A DNA stretch of 64,000 bases, from NCBI GenBank assembly GCA_018402235.1, contig JAGYJJ010000005.1, forward strand, positions 258,219-322,218. Reading direction: 5' to 3'. A program made the position numbers and the translations under genes. Below are positions 29,741 to 40,620 of the stretch, piece by piece; position 1 is the first letter of the stretch; each line of letters starts with the position of its first letter. The stretch is from Candidatus Nanopelagicales bacterium. GTDB lineage: Bacteria > Actinomycetota > Actinomycetes > S36-B12. The notes under the pieces were generated by a model that saw only the letters and a program-made list of their open reading frames with translations, searched no databases and was not told the DNA's origin.

Positions 29741-32700
29741 TTAGTTGTTGCTGGCTTTCGCTGGTACGCCCCGAACCACGTTCACCAGCTCATCGGCCCA
29801 GGCGAGCAGTTCCCCGTCCTTCAGGGCCGCTGCGCCCAGTGCCGCACCCGCGGTGGGTCGAGGCACGATGATCGTACGGACTGCAGGCTTCACGGTGGTG
29901 CGCGGGTACAGGCGCGACAACCGCATCTGAGCCGACTCAGGAAGCTCGACCGGGTGCACCCGCACGTTGTTCCCCTGCGCGATCACCTCGCTGATTCCCG
30001 CCTCGCGGCAGTGCACTCGGAACCGTGCGACATCAACAAGGGTTTGTGCCGGCGCGGGGAGGGGGCCATAGCGATCGCTCAACTCCGTAACCACGTCATT
30101 GACCTGCTCGTCGGTATGGGCATCGGCCAATCTCTTATAAGCCTCGAGCCTGAGCCGCTCAACTGGGACGTAACTCTCGGGTAGGTGAGCCGTGACAGGT
30201 AATTCCACCTTGACTTCGGCGATCTCCGGCTCCGCATCTCCGGACTTGTGCGCGGCCAGTGCCTCACCCACCAGTCGAACGTACAGATCGAATCCGACTT
30301 CAGCGATATGCCCGCTTTGCTCACCACCGAGCAAATTGCCAGCCCCGCGTATTTCCAGATCCTTCAGGGCTATTTGCATACCCGATCCCAGATCGGTGCG
30401 TTGGGCGATCGTGGAAAGTCGCTCATGAGCGGTTTCTGTCAAGGGCTTGTTGGGGTCGTACAGCAGATAGGCGTAGGCCCGTTCTCTGCCTCGACCCACC
30501 CGCCCACGGAGTTGATGCAGTTGAGACAACCCGAAAGTGTCAGCGCGATCCACGATGAGGGTGTTGGCGTTCGCGATATCGATTCCGGATTCAACGATCG
30601 TGGTGCACACCAAGACGTCGATCTCCTTATTCCAGAAGTCGACGATCACCTGCTCCAGGCGTGCTTCCGGCATTTGACCATGCGCAATCGCCACCCGCGC
30701 TTCGGGCACCAGGTCTCGAACGCGAGCAGCAGCGCGTTCGATCGATTCGACCCTGTTGTGAACGAAAAAGACCTGTCCATCGCGCAGCAGTTCGCGTCTG
30801 ATCGCAGCCGATATCTGTTTGTCCTCGTATGGCCCCACGTACGTGAGGACCGGATGGCGCTCTTCCGGGGGAGTCTGGATCACCGACATCTCGCGGATTC
30901 CCGTAACAGCCATCTCAAGCGTCCGCGGAATCGGCGTGGCGGACATCGCCAATACGTCCACGTTTGTCCGTAGCGCCTTGAGGTGTTCTTTGTGTTCCAC
31001 TCCAAAGCGCTGCTCTTCATCGATGACCACTAGGCCTAGATCCTTGAACCGAACATCAGGAGTCAACAGGCGATGGGTGCCAATCACGATGTCGACCGAG
31101 CCACTTTGAATCCCAGCGAGGATGTCCTTTCGCTCCTTGTCCGAGGTGAAGCGCGACAACGCGGCGATCCGAACCGGGAACGGCGCGTATCGCTCACCGA
31201 AAGTCGATTGATGCTGCTGAACTAACAGCGTCGTGGGTACCAAGATGGCCACCTGTTTGCCGTCCTGGACGGCCTTAAATGCTGCGCGGACGGCGATTTC
31301 GGTTTTGCCGTATCCGACATCACCGCAAATCAGGCGGTCCATGGGGGTCACGCGCTCCATGTCACGTTTGACTTCGTCGATGCTCGCCAATTGATCAGGG
31401 GTTTCGACATAAGCGAATGCATCCTCCAGTTCCCGTTGCCACGGAGAGTCCGAACCGAAGGCATGGCCGGTACTTGCTTGTCGCGCTGCATACAAGCGAA
31501 TGAGTTCATCGGCGATCTGTCGAACCGCCTTGCGAGCACGACCCTTGGTCTTGGCCCAATCGCCGCCACCAAGCCGATGCAAACTCGGCGACTCCCCTCC
31601 CACGTATCGGGTGATGAGGTCGAGTTGATCCATCGGCAAGAAGAGACGATCGGCAGGCTGTCCCCGCTTGCTCGGTGCATATTCAATGATCAGATACTCA
31701 CGCTCAGCGCCGTGCACCGTGCGCCGCACCATCTCTACGTACTTGCCCACCCCATGGTGCTCATGGACCACGAAGTCCCCGGCTTCAAACTCATCGGATC
31801 CACGGTGCGGCGACGCCGGCTGGGCATTCGGGCATCGGCCTTGCCGGTCGAGCGCTGACCGAGGAGGTCTGTCTCGGTCAAGAGAACTACGCCTGCGGCG
31901 GGGAAGATGAAGCCATCCACGGCAGCGCTACGAATCAGCGAGACCACCGCCTCGGACTCCACATCCGGGCTGGATCGGGCTGGGATATCGGCGTCAGCCA
32001 TTTCCTCGGCAAGTCGATCGAGAGGTCCGTGCCCCCTCGCAGTGATGATGACGCGACTTCCGGTGCCTAGCCACTGCCGGATATCACCGAAAGCCACCGA
32101 GGCATCGCCCCGATACGCCTCAGGCACCACCGCGCCGATATCTACATCGGGGTCCGGGCTGCGCAACGACGATAACTCCCACCAACGACCCCCCCGAGTC
32201 ATGGCTGTAGCCATGACCTCGTCAACGGTCAGGTAGGGAGCCGGTGCAATGTCGATCGGGACATCGGCTCCGACGGCAGCGTTGTGCCACCCGGCTTGCA
32301 AGAACTCCTCTGCCGTCCGCAGAACGTCGGCAGCTCGTGCCTTTACCCGTTCGGGCTCACTGACCACCACCTGAATCCCGCGAGGAAGGAGTTCCAGCAA
32401 GGTCACCATCTGGGCGGACAGCACAGATGCGAGTGACTCCATCCCTTCGACGCAAACACCCTCAGCGAGACTCGCGCACATTTCCGCGATTACTGGTGCG
32501 TGTTCACCTAGTTCACGTGCGCGAGCACGAACCTCGTCGGTGAGCAACAACTCACGCACCGGCCCAGCAAGCAGGCCATGCTCCAGCGGTTCTAACGAAC
32601 GCTGATCGGAAACCGCGAAGTGGCGCAAGCTTTCCACTTCATCGCCCCAGAATTCGATCCGAACCGCATGTTCTTCCGTTGCCGGAAAGACATCGACGAT

Positions 32701-33264
32701 TCCGCCCCGGACGCCCACGTGCCCGCGACGTTCGACGAGGTCCACGCGCTCGTAGCCGAGCTCGACCAATCGATCGACGACATCTGTCAACTCACAATGA
32801 TCACCCTCATGGAGTCGAACGGGCTGCGCATCAGCGACTTCTCGAACGATGGGTTGAATCACCGCACGTACCGATGCAACCAGCACGTCGATGGGCGCAA
32901 GAAGGGGATCGGCTTCATCAGACGCCGTGAGTCGCCGGACTACGGCTGTTCGCCTGCCAACGGTGTCTGCCGACGGGGACAGCCGCTCGTGCGGCAGTGT
33001 TTCCCAGGAAGGGAAAACCACCACTTCGGCATCCGGTGCGTAGTCCCGCACCATCGCCGCCATGTCTTCCGCGCTCTGCCCGGAGGCCGTGACCAGCAAT
33101 AGCGGTGCACCACTTGCGCGCTCAACGGCGGCGGTCACGAGCGGGTGCGTGCTGGTCGGACAATGCACATCAATCAGCGATGCCGACGAATCCGTTGCGA
33201 GCTCATTGAGGCGAGTGAAAGGTTGCTGACGTTCGAGGATGTCGAGAAGGCCACGCAAGCTCAC
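29741..33264 (-). pseudogene. mfd: transcription-repair coupling factor Mfd, one frameshift as assembled
   Basis: ORF-track pieces 31735..33438 (N-terminal) and 29741..31771 (C-terminal helicase with DExH/RecG-like motifs). The reading ...SLKPG(D)[12 protein letters not shown] is restored by adding one G to the G4 run at 31777-31780. The GTG start at 33264 overlaps the cysQ-like stop. Confidence 0.9.
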
Positions 33265-34079
33265 GTTGCAGACGCCTCCGCAAGTGCGCTCATCAAGAGG
33301 GGATAGAGCTGGGCTTGGGAGACCACCAGGTTGTTGACATAGGGCGGCATGTGGTTGAACGTGATGGCGGCTTCGACGGTGTTCGAACAGGTCAGTCCAT
33401 AGTGCTGAGCCACTCCGTATGGGGCTGCCACGTCCCATTCGTAGAAACCAGTGTCGTGCACATAAGCCTCAGCACGGCCACTGAGGATCTCGTTGACTTT
33501 CGCGCCCACCGATCCAACATCGACAATCTCGACCCCGTGGTGGTTCACGCCAGAATCCGATAGCAGCCTGGTGAGAACAACGCTTGCTGCTTCCAAGGTG
33601 GCCGGCGGCCTACTGCGGGAGGCAACGATGCGGATGGCTCGATCGGTGGGCAGCGCTCGGTGCTCAACGGCGTCGAGCACCGAGCGAGTGATTCCCTGGG
33701 CGGGCAAATCGACCGTGCACGCACTCAAGTGCTCGCCCGTCCACAAGGCGATGTGCACCGCGAAATCGGCACGGTCTTGGCCGTACTCCCAGGTGCCGTC
33801 CAACGGGTCGACTATCCATACGCGATCTGATTCCAGGCGAATCGGGTCGTCTTTGGCTTCCTCGCTCAAGACGGGATCATTCGGTCGAGCTTGCCCGAGC
33901 AAATTCAAGATCAGCTCATTGGAGGCCGCATCGGCTATATCGCGCAGACGAGTCGCATTCTCCCTGTCCTGGATCGACCCGTACTCAACTAGGAAGTCTC
34001 GACGTATCTCAAGCAGCAACTGCCCGGCTTGTTGGGCTACGTCGCGCGACAACTCCGCGTCCGATCGCAGATCACTCAT
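33261..34079 (-). CDS. cysQ: inositol monophosphatase / 3'(2'),5'-bisphosphate nucleotidase family protein
   Basis: ORF track, 272 aa. Metal-binding motifs LSEE and WIVDPLDGT. Confidence 0.75.
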   Translation of the reverse strand: MSDLRSDAELSRDVAQQAGQLLLEIRRDFLVEYGSIQDRENATRLRDIADAASNELILNLLGQARPNDPVLSEEAKDDPIRLESDRVWIVDPLDGTWEYGQDRADFAVHIALWTGEHLSACTVDLPAQGITRSVLDAVEHRALPTDRAIRIVASRSRPPATLEAASVVLTRLLSDSGVNHHGVEIVDVGSVGAKVNEILSGRAEAYVHDTGFYEWDVAAPYGVAQHYGLTCSNTVEAAITFNHMPPYVNNLVVSQAQLYPLLMSALAEASAT

Positions 34080-34681
34080 GCGTCATCTCCACTAGCGGTT
34101 CGATTGAACTCATTTTGCGCTACCTCGAGTCCTTGCCGCACAAGGGTCTCCACGGCGTCCCCGGCACGATCCAAGAAGGCCGGTAATACAGCTCGTTGCG
34201 AGGAGGCGAAAGGCTGCAGCACGAAATCGGCCGGCGCCTGCCTGCCCAGTGGCCGTCCGATTCCCAATCGGACTCGGTAGTAGTCACCCGTACCGATTGC
34301 CTGGCGAATGCTCTTCAATCCGTTGTGGCCACCGTCGCCGCCACCCTTCTTGATCCGGATTGCGTCGAAATCGATATCCAGATCATCGTGAATAACCACA
34401 AGTCGGTCTGGTTCTACGTTGTAGAAGGACATCGCGGCCTTGACCGGTCCCCCACTTTCGTTCATGTAGGACAAAGGGGTGCACAGCACGATCGGTTGTC
34501 GATCACCGGGGAACCCGAAGTGCGTCTCGGCGGTTTCGGCGAGCGCCCGCTTGTGCCGGGAGAGTTTCACACCGGTGATCGATGCAACGTGCTCAATGAG
34601 CATCTCGCCAATGTTGTGTCGGGTGGTTGCGTATGCCGGGCCAGGATTCCCCAGCCCGACTATGAGCCAGGGTCCAGACAT
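34076..34681 (-). CDS. pth: peptidyl-tRNA hydrolase
   Basis: ORF track, 201 aa. LIVGLGNPG...TRHNIG...YMNESG...GHNGLKS. Confidence 0.95.
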   Translation of the reverse strand: MSGPWLIVGLGNPGPAYATTRHNIGEMLIEHVASITGVKLSRHKRALAETAETHFGFPGDRQPIVLCTPLSYMNESGGPVKAAMSFYNVEPDRLVVIHDDLDIDFDAIRIKKGGGDGGHNGLKSIRQAIGTGDYYRVRLGIGRPLGRQAPADFVLQPFASSQRAVLPAFLDRAGDAVETLVRQGLEVAQNEFNRTASGDDA

Positions 34682-34711
34682 CGCGGTGAGGGTTGCGGTG
34701 AAGGTACTGAC

Positions 34712-35284
34712 CTACTCGCCCGCAGATTCCACGGGCGCTTCGCCCTCGGCTTCGCTCGCCTCCGCGGCGCTCGCCTCGGCGTCGCTCGCCTCGCGCGCGG
34801 CCGCAGCAGCTGCCATCTCCAGGGCGTTTGCCCTCACGTCGGCCACCGCATGATCAACGGCCTCGAGTGGATCTTCACCGCGTGCCACCGCTTCTTCGAG
34901 GGCCATGATCACCGAAGCAGCGTCGTATCCGGCCTCAGCCGCGGCGATTTCCGCCTTGGCGACAGCATCGGCGTAGTTGCTGCGGATCGCCGCCTCGCGC
35001 TCGGTAATGATCACCAGGTCCACATGCTCGAGGTTGCGCTTGACCGGATCGCGTTGCACATCGCGAGGCTTGGTGAGGTACGTGGTCCCAGCCAGCGAGA
35101 TGCTCAACACCACGCGGGGCTTGCGCAGCGCGAGGTCGAAGTCGTGTTCGGGAACGGCCACATGGGCCAGTTCCATGCCGGAGCCGTAGATGACCGCGGG
35201 GATGTGGCCCGAGCGGCGGATCCGACGTGCGGCGCCTTTCCCGAAATCGGAACGGGGCTCGGCGCTGATCTCGACCTTGGTCAT
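34712..35284 (-). CDS. rplY: 50S ribosomal protein L25/Ctc (long form with acidic Ala/Glu-rich tail)
   Basis: ORF track 34712..35386. ATG 35284 follows an AAGGAG RBS (MTKVEISAEPRSDFGKGAARRIRRSGHIPAVIYG...). Confidence 0.9.
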   Translation of the reverse strand: MTKVEISAEPRSDFGKGAARRIRRSGHIPAVIYGSGMELAHVAVPEHDFDLALRKPRVVLSISLAGTTYLTKPRDVQRDPVKRNLEHVDLVIITEREAAIRSNYADAVAKAEIAAAEAGYDAASVIMALEEAVARGEDPLEAVDHAVADVRANALEMAAAAAAREASDAEASAAEASEAEGEAPVESAGE

Positions 35285-35468
35285 GGTGCTCCTTCGGCAG
35301 GTACTTACGGACGTTCGGGCGATCGCTTTCTCGTTCTCGCGGGGGCGTGGCCGACGGCGCGGCTCTTCGCCGCCCGCGTCGATCACGGTGGCGCGGCTTG
35401 CTGGTTTTCACCAGCCGACCGAACCTCCCTCGCCGAGGACGGCAGGAGTCTAGCCGGGCCTCAGGGCA

Positions 35469-36467
35469 CTAGTGCGATGAGGCCTCATCGGCGATAGCGG
35501 GCTCGAACATTGAAGTGACCGATCCATCGGTAAACACCTCATTGATTGCCTTGGCCAGGATCGGCGCAATGGACAAGATAGTGAGCTTGTCGAAGTGGTG
35601 ATCTTCGGTGATCGGCAAGGTATCGGTGACGACCACCTCGGAAATTCGCGACTGCTGCAAGCGCTCTTTGGCGGGGTCGCTCAAGATTCCGTGCGTCGCG
35701 GCGACGATCACGTCCTTGGCGCCGTTCTCAAAGAGGGTCTCTGCGGCCTTCACGATCGTGCCACCGGTGTCGATCATGTCGTCGACCACCACACATACGC
35801 GGTCCTTGACATCGCCCACCACCTCGAACACCCGCACCTGATTCGGTACGTCGGGATCGCGACGCTTGTGGATGATCGCCAGGGGTGCACCGAGAACATC
35901 GGTCCACCTTTCCGCCACCCGCACCCGACCGGCATCCGGAGACACCACGGTGATCTTGTCCGTGGAAACCCTCGAGGCGACGTGTGCAGCGAGCAACGGC
36001 AGCGCAAACAGGTGGTCAACGGGCCCATCGAAAAAACCCTGAATCTGCGAGGTGTGGAGGTCGACAGTCATCAGCCGATCAGCACCCGCCGCCTTGAACA
36101 GATCCGCCATGAGACGTGCGGAGATGGGTTCGCGGCCCCGATGCTTCTTGTCCTGGCGGGCATATCCGTAGAACGGGACGATCACTGTGATGCGCTTGGC
36201 CGATGCTCTCTTCAAAGCATCGATCATGATCAGTTGTTCCATGATCCACTTGTTGATCGGCGTGGTGTGGCTTTGCAAGACGAATGCATCGGTGCCTCGG
36301 ACGGACTCACGGAAGCGGATGAAGATCTCGCCGTTGGCGAAGTCGTACGCGAGAGTGGGAGAAAGGTCTATTCCGAGTTCGTCTGCGACCGATTCCGCTA
36401 GTTCTGGATGCGAACGTCCACTGAGCAGGACGAGGCGCTTTTGCGTGGGAACAGACTTCTCGGCCAC
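35469..36467 (-). CDS. prs: ribose-phosphate pyrophosphokinase
   Basis: ORF track, 332 aa. YARQDKK and the PRPP-binding loop VVDDMIDTGGT. Confidence 0.95.
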   Translation of the reverse strand: MAEKSVPTQKRLVLLSGRSHPELAESVADELGIDLSPTLAYDFANGEIFIRFRESVRGTDAFVLQSHTTPINKWIMEQLIMIDALKRASAKRITVIVPFYGYARQDKKHRGREPISARLMADLFKAAGADRLMTVDLHTSQIQGFFDGPVDHLFALPLLAAHVASRVSTDKITVVSPDAGRVRVAERWTDVLGAPLAIIHKRRDPDVPNQVRVFEVVGDVKDRVCVVVDDMIDTGGTIVKAAETLFENGAKDVIVAATHGILSDPAKERLQQSRISEVVVTDTLPITEDHHFDKLTILSIAPILAKAINEVFTDGSVTSMFEPAIADEASSH

Positions 36468-37955
36468 TCATTCCTCCGAATCCGACGAACCGTCAGAGGG
36501 AACCCTTCCAGATGCCTTATCGGCTTCGCGCGCCGCCCTCGCTGCCGACGCCGACGTCGAGTCGGGGCGACGTCGTTCGACCCACCCTTCGATGTTCCGC
36601 TGCTGGGCTCGACCGACAGCCATGGCTCCCGGCGGGACATCCTCGGTGATGACCGAGCCAGCCGCGGTGTAGGCGCCATCGCCGATCTCCACCGGCGCCA
36701 CCAGCATCGAATCGCTGCCGATACGGACATCACGACCCACCACCGTTCGGTGCTTTTCTTGGCCGTCGTAGTTGACGAAAACGGTGGCGGCGCCGATGTT
36801 GGTGCCCTCGCCGATCTCGGCATCACCTACGTAGGAAAGGTGCGGAACCTTCGCCCCATCACCCACACGCGAGTTCTTGATCTCGACGTAGGCTCCGGCT
36901 TTCGCGCCAGCACCGAGCTGGGCGCCGGGTCGCAAGTATGTGTACGGACCAACCTGCGCACCATCGCCGATCACGGCGAGTTCGGCCCAGGTATGGATCA
37001 CCTGCGCACCCGGTCCCACCTCACAGGAGATAAGCGTGGTTCCTGGACCCACCCGCGCACCTGAGGCGATGGCCGTGGGTCCACGAAGAATCGTCTGCGG
37101 CAACACGGTGACATCGGCCGCTAACTCGACATCAACATCGATCCAAACGGAGAACGGATCGGCCATCGTGACGCCGTCGCGCATCCATCGAGTGTTGATG
37201 CGATCGCGCATGATCGCGCCCGCCTCGGCTAGTTGGACGCGATCGTTCACACCGCGGATGTCATCCGCATCGGGCGCGATGAATGCATCGACGCGAAGGC
37301 CATCTGCGCTGAGCAGGCCAACCACGTCGGTCAGGTACTCCTCGCCCTGAGCATTGTCCGTACCCAGACGCTCGATGGTCTCGTTCAATGCAGCCGCATC
37401 GAACGCATACATCCCGGAGTTGATTTCATCGATCGCCCGTTGCTCATCGGTTGCGTCGCGCTCTTCGACGATCGCCGTCACGGCATCACCGCTTCGAACG
37501 ATGCGCCCGTATCCGGTTGGATCAGCGATCCGCGCCGTGAGAACGGTGCACGCAGCGGAGTGTGCAGCCATCAATCCCGAGAGAGTTTCGCCCCGCAGCA
37601 ATGGAGTATCGCCCGTGACCACCACAACCGGACCGGTCAACTGCGCTCCGCGTGCGGCGAGATCATGCAACGCGATCCGCACCGCATGCCCGGTTCCGAG
37701 CTGTTCTTCTTGCACCACGGTCAGAACCCACGGCGCTACCTCAGCCAGGTGCGCAGCAACTTGTTCGCGGCCGTGACCGATGACCACGACTATGTGCTCG
37801 GGTTCGATGTGGGCGGCAGCCTCAATGACATGACCCAGAAGCGACCGGCCCGCCACTTCATGCAACACCTTCGGCATCGCGGACTTCATCCGCGTGCCTT
37901 CGCCTGCGGCCAGGATCACTACAGCAGAGGGACGGACGGCCACGGGAGCATCCAA
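36468..37955 (-). CDS. glmU: bifunctional UDP-N-acetylglucosamine pyrophosphorylase / glucosamine-1-phosphate N-acetyltransferase
   Basis: ORF track, 495 aa. N-terminus [11 protein letters not shown] and C-terminal hexapeptide repeats. Abuts prs. Confidence 0.95.
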   Translation of the reverse strand: MDAPVAVRPSAVVILAAGEGTRMKSAMPKVLHEVAGRSLLGHVIEAAAHIEPEHIVVVIGHGREQVAAHLAEVAPWVLTVVQEEQLGTGHAVRIALHDLAARGAQLTGPVVVVTGDTPLLRGETLSGLMAAHSAACTVLTARIADPTGYGRIVRSGDAVTAIVEERDATDEQRAIDEINSGMYAFDAAALNETIERLGTDNAQGEEYLTDVVGLLSADGLRVDAFIAPDADDIRGVNDRVQLAEAGAIMRDRINTRWMRDGVTMADPFSVWIDVDVELAADVTVLPQTILRGPTAIASGARVGPGTTLISCEVGPGAQVIHTWAELAVIGDGAQVGPYTYLRPGAQLGAGAKAGAYVEIKNSRVGDGAKVPHLSYVGDAEIGEGTNIGAATVFVNYDGQEKHRTVVGRDVRIGSDSMLVAPVEIGDGAYTAAGSVITEDVPPGAMAVGRAQQRNIEGWVERRRPDSTSASAARAAREADKASGRVPSDGSSDSEE

Positions 37956-38004
37956 CCACTCCGGTGACCGTCAATGCCGTGAATATGCGCTCATCCGCGA
38001 CCCC

Positions 38005-38568
38005 TTACGAGGTTGCACCGAGAATCGCGGCCCTACGAGCCGAGGGCAACTGCCGAAACCGCGCCCACTCGCGCTCTCGTTCTTCTCGCCCCATCCCCGG
38101 TTCGGTGCGACTCAGGTGCCTCATGAAGCGGTTGCGCTCAAATTGGGGTCCGATCTCATCGGACGGGGACGGCGGAATCTCCATCAGATCGATCAGGTCG
38201 CCCAACGTCGCTGGGTGACCAACCGAAGTGACCGGGTGACGAAGAAGTTCGCGAACCGCAGCGTTCACTCGAACATCACCGGTGACGTGACTGGCCACCC
38301 AGTTCCGCAGCTCCCGAGTGAACGGTTGGCCTGCCGGAATGACCATGGCCGCGCAGAACGGTGGCTGCAGGTGACTTCCCGTCGTCTTCTTCGGCGGCGT
38401 GCGAGGCTCGTGGCCAGCCAAACGGGCCGTGATGGCTTCGATGAGGTCCTGCTTGGAGCCCGAGCGTCGCGCCCCCATACGGCGTGCGATCTGGATCAAT
38501 TCCGCCCTGGTCCAGTACCAACCGGTGATGTCCGTGGGGTCCTGGACGTCGTTCAACTCCGGTCGCAT
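38005..38568 (-). CDS. SAP-domain-containing conserved hypothetical protein
   Basis: ORF track 38005..38730. The 5' part of that ORF overlaps tRNA-Gln, so ATG 38568 is used. SAP-like motif ELIQIARRMGARRSGSKQDLIEAITARL. Confidence 0.5.
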   Translation of the reverse strand: MRPELNDVQDPTDITGWYWTRAELIQIARRMGARRSGSKQDLIEAITARLAGHEPRTPPKKTTGSHLQPPFCAAMVIPAGQPFTRELRNWVASHVTGDVRVNAAVRELLRHPVTSVGHPATLGDLIDLMEIPPSPSDEIGPQFERNRFMRHLSRTEPGMGREEREREWARFRQLPSARRAAILGATS

Positions 38569-38583
38569 GAGCAGCCCCCCTTG

Positions 38584-38654
38584 CTCCCCGGGGAGGATTC
38601 GAACCTCCGTTGACGGATTCAAAGTCCGCTGTCCTGCCACTAGACGACCGGGGA
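38584..38654 (-). tRNA. tRNA-Gln (anticodon TTG), CCA not encoded
   Basis: Hand-folded cloverleaf: TCCCCGG tc GTCT agtggca GGAC a GCGGA CTTTGAA TCCGT caac GGAGG ttcgaat CCTCC CCGGGGA g. Confidence 0.9.
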
Positions 38655-38732
38655 CCGATGGTGCGATGGCTAACCCTAGAACCTGCCCCGTGACCCGCCG
38701 AAATCCCCGAATAGGTGGCGCTGCCAGCATGG

Positions 38733-38762
38733 GTTACGCTACCGTAACTTACGCAACCGTAG
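38733..38762. promoter_or_regulatory. two adjacent palindromes GTTACG-ctac-CGTAAC and TTACG-caac-CGTAG upstream of the desaturase-TetR operon (candidate TetR operator)
   Basis: Read directly. They end about 31 nt before the desaturase ATG (38794). Confidence 0.45.
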
Positions 38763-38793
38763 GTTTGTTGAAAGTAGAGCCGGAAGGAACCCC

Positions 38794-39798
38794 ATGGCAC
38801 TGGTGCAGGATTTTGAGAAGATCGACGAGGGCGACGCTCTCTTCCTCAGCACGCCGATGAAGATCACCATCGGAATCTTCGTCATCGGACCGACGGTGGC
38901 ACTGCTGGGCGTTATCCCGATGATCTATTGGGGTCTTGTCTCATGGGTCGATCTGGGCTTGTTCCTCGGCTTCTGGGCGCTCACCGCCATCGGTGTGACG
39001 GTGGGATACCACCGGTACTTCACCCACGGCTCCTTCAAGACCAATCGCGCGGTGAAGATCGCGCTCGCCCTCATGGGCTCGTACGCCCTCGAAGGTTCCA
39101 TCAACCAGTGGGTTGCCGACCACCGCAAGCACCACAAGTTCTCCGACGAGATCGGCGATCCGCATTCCCCGTGGCGCTTTGGCACCTCGCGCAAGGCCAT
39201 CGCCAAAGGCCTGGTCTTCGCGCACATGGGTTGGCTGTTCTCTGAGCAGCAAGCCACGGTCGATCAGTACGCGCCCGATATCCGCGACGACAAAGACCTG
39301 CAGCGCATCAACAATGCATTCCCGGGCATCGTCGTAATGACGTTCCTGCTTCCTGGCATCATCGGCGGCTTGATCACCTGGTCCTGGATCGGATTCCTCA
39401 CCGGCATGTTCTGGGGTGGCGTTGTCCGTGTCGCTTTCGTGCACCACGTGACCTGGTCCATCAACTCCATCTGCCACGTGTTCGGCAAGCGCCCGTTCAA
39501 AAGCCGCGACCTGTCTAGCAATGTGAACTGGCTCGCTATTCCCTCCTTCGGTGAGTCCTGGCACAACCTGCACCACGTCGATCCGACCTGCGCACGTCAC
39601 GGCGTGCTCAAAGGGCAGATCGATCCGAGCGCAGGCTTGATCCGCGTCCTGGAGCGTTTGAACCTGGCTTCCGATGTTCGCTGGCCCAAGCCCGAGCGCC
39701 TGGCCAAGAAGCTCATCGACCCGTCGATGGCTCCTCGTATCCGCGGCTACGACAAGGCTCTTGCCGCCAAGGCCGCGGCCGAGTCTGTAGGGGCGTGA
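38794..39798 (+). CDS. acyl-CoA (stearoyl-CoA-type) fatty acid desaturase
   Basis: ORF track, 334 aa. Histidine boxes HRYFTH, HRKHH and HNLHH, with TM segments. Confidence 0.9.
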   Translation: MALVQDFEKIDEGDALFLSTPMKITIGIFVIGPTVALLGVIPMIYWGLVSWVDLGLFLGFWALTAIGVTVGYHRYFTHGSFKTNRAVKIALALMGSYALEGSINQWVADHRKHHKFSDEIGDPHSPWRFGTSRKAIAKGLVFAHMGWLFSEQQATVDQYAPDIRDDKDLQRINNAFPGIVVMTFLLPGIIGGLITWSWIGFLTGMFWGGVVRVAFVHHVTWSINSICHVFGKRPFKSRDLSSNVNWLAIPSFGESWHNLHHVDPTCARHGVLKGQIDPSAGLIRVLERLNLASDVRWPKPERLAKKLIDPSMAPRIRGYDKALAAKAAAESVGA

Positions 39799-40562
39799 CT
39801 CCACTACCGGTCGACAACAACCACGACGCTGTCGAAAGCGCGACAGACGGCACCGTTGTCGAACTGAGTTCAGCGGCGGCGCGAACAGCGCCGCGAACCC
39901 AGCGCAGATCGAGCCGTTCGACCAACACTCGGTCCAAGGTCCGGATGACCGGACAAGAACGCCGCGAGCAACTGCTGGATGTTGGTCGTTCGCTGTTCGC
40001 CAGTAAGGGATTCGAGGCGGTCAGCGTCGAGGAGATCGCCGCGAAGGCTGGCGTGTCCAAGCCGGTTGTCTACGAGCACTTCGGTGGCAAGGAGGGGCTA
40101 TACGCCGTCCTGGTCGACCGGGAGATGAACGACCTGCTGCATTCCATCTCCGATGCGCTCACCGCCGGGACCGCACGTTCACTTCTCGAGCAAGCCGGCA
40201 TGGCGCTGTTCGACTACATCGACACCAACCCTGATGGGTTTCGCATTCTCGTTCGCGATTCACCCGTCTCGCAGTCGAGCGGTTCCTTCGCGAGCTTGAT
40301 CGTCGACATCGCCGCGCAGGTCGAGCACCTGCTGGCACGTGAGTTCACCAACCATCACATCAGTACTAAGTACGCGGGTGTCTACTCCCAGGCCCTCGTC
40401 GGCATGGTGGCCCTCACCGGTCAGTGGTGGCTGGATGTTCGCAAGCCCGGCAAAGAAGACGTGGTCTCCCACCTGGTGAACCTGGCCTGGAACGGCCTGG
40501 AGCACTTGGAGCCCAAGCCTCAACTGCGCACGGTGGGTAAGTCGGCCAAGAAGCGACGGTGA
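39795..40562 (+). CDS. TetR/AcrR-family transcriptional regulator
   Basis: ORF track, 255 aa. HTH VSVEEIAAKAGVSKPVVYEHFGGKEGL. The start overlaps the desaturase stop. Confidence 0.85.
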   Translation: MTPLPVDNNHDAVESATDGTVVELSSAAARTAPRTQRRSSRSTNTRSKVRMTGQERREQLLDVGRSLFASKGFEAVSVEEIAAKAGVSKPVVYEHFGGKEGLYAVLVDREMNDLLHSISDALTAGTARSLLEQAGMALFDYIDTNPDGFRILVRDSPVSQSSGSFASLIVDIAAQVEHLLAREFTNHHISTKYAGVYSQALVGMVALTGQWWLDVRKPGKEDVVSHLVNLAWNGLEHLEPKPQLRTVGKSAKKRR

Positions 40563-40576
40563 AGGTAGGTCTCCTC

Positions 40577-40608
40577 GATCAAGATTCTTGACGTCAAGAT
40601 TCTTGATC
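40577..40608. promoter_or_regulatory. tandem duplicated palindrome (TCAAGAtTCTTGA x2, 15-bp period) immediately upstream of the MarR gene (candidate autoregulatory operator)
   Basis: GATCAAGATTCTTGACGTCAAGATTCTTGATC read directly. It ends 12 nt before ATG 40621. Confidence 0.6.
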
Positions 40609-40620
40609 TACTATGACGGA

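Noticed and set aside
38569-38730. An N-terminal extension of the SAP-domain ORF.
   Set aside because: It runs straight through the tRNA-Gln gene (38584-38654). The internal ATG at 38568 is used instead.
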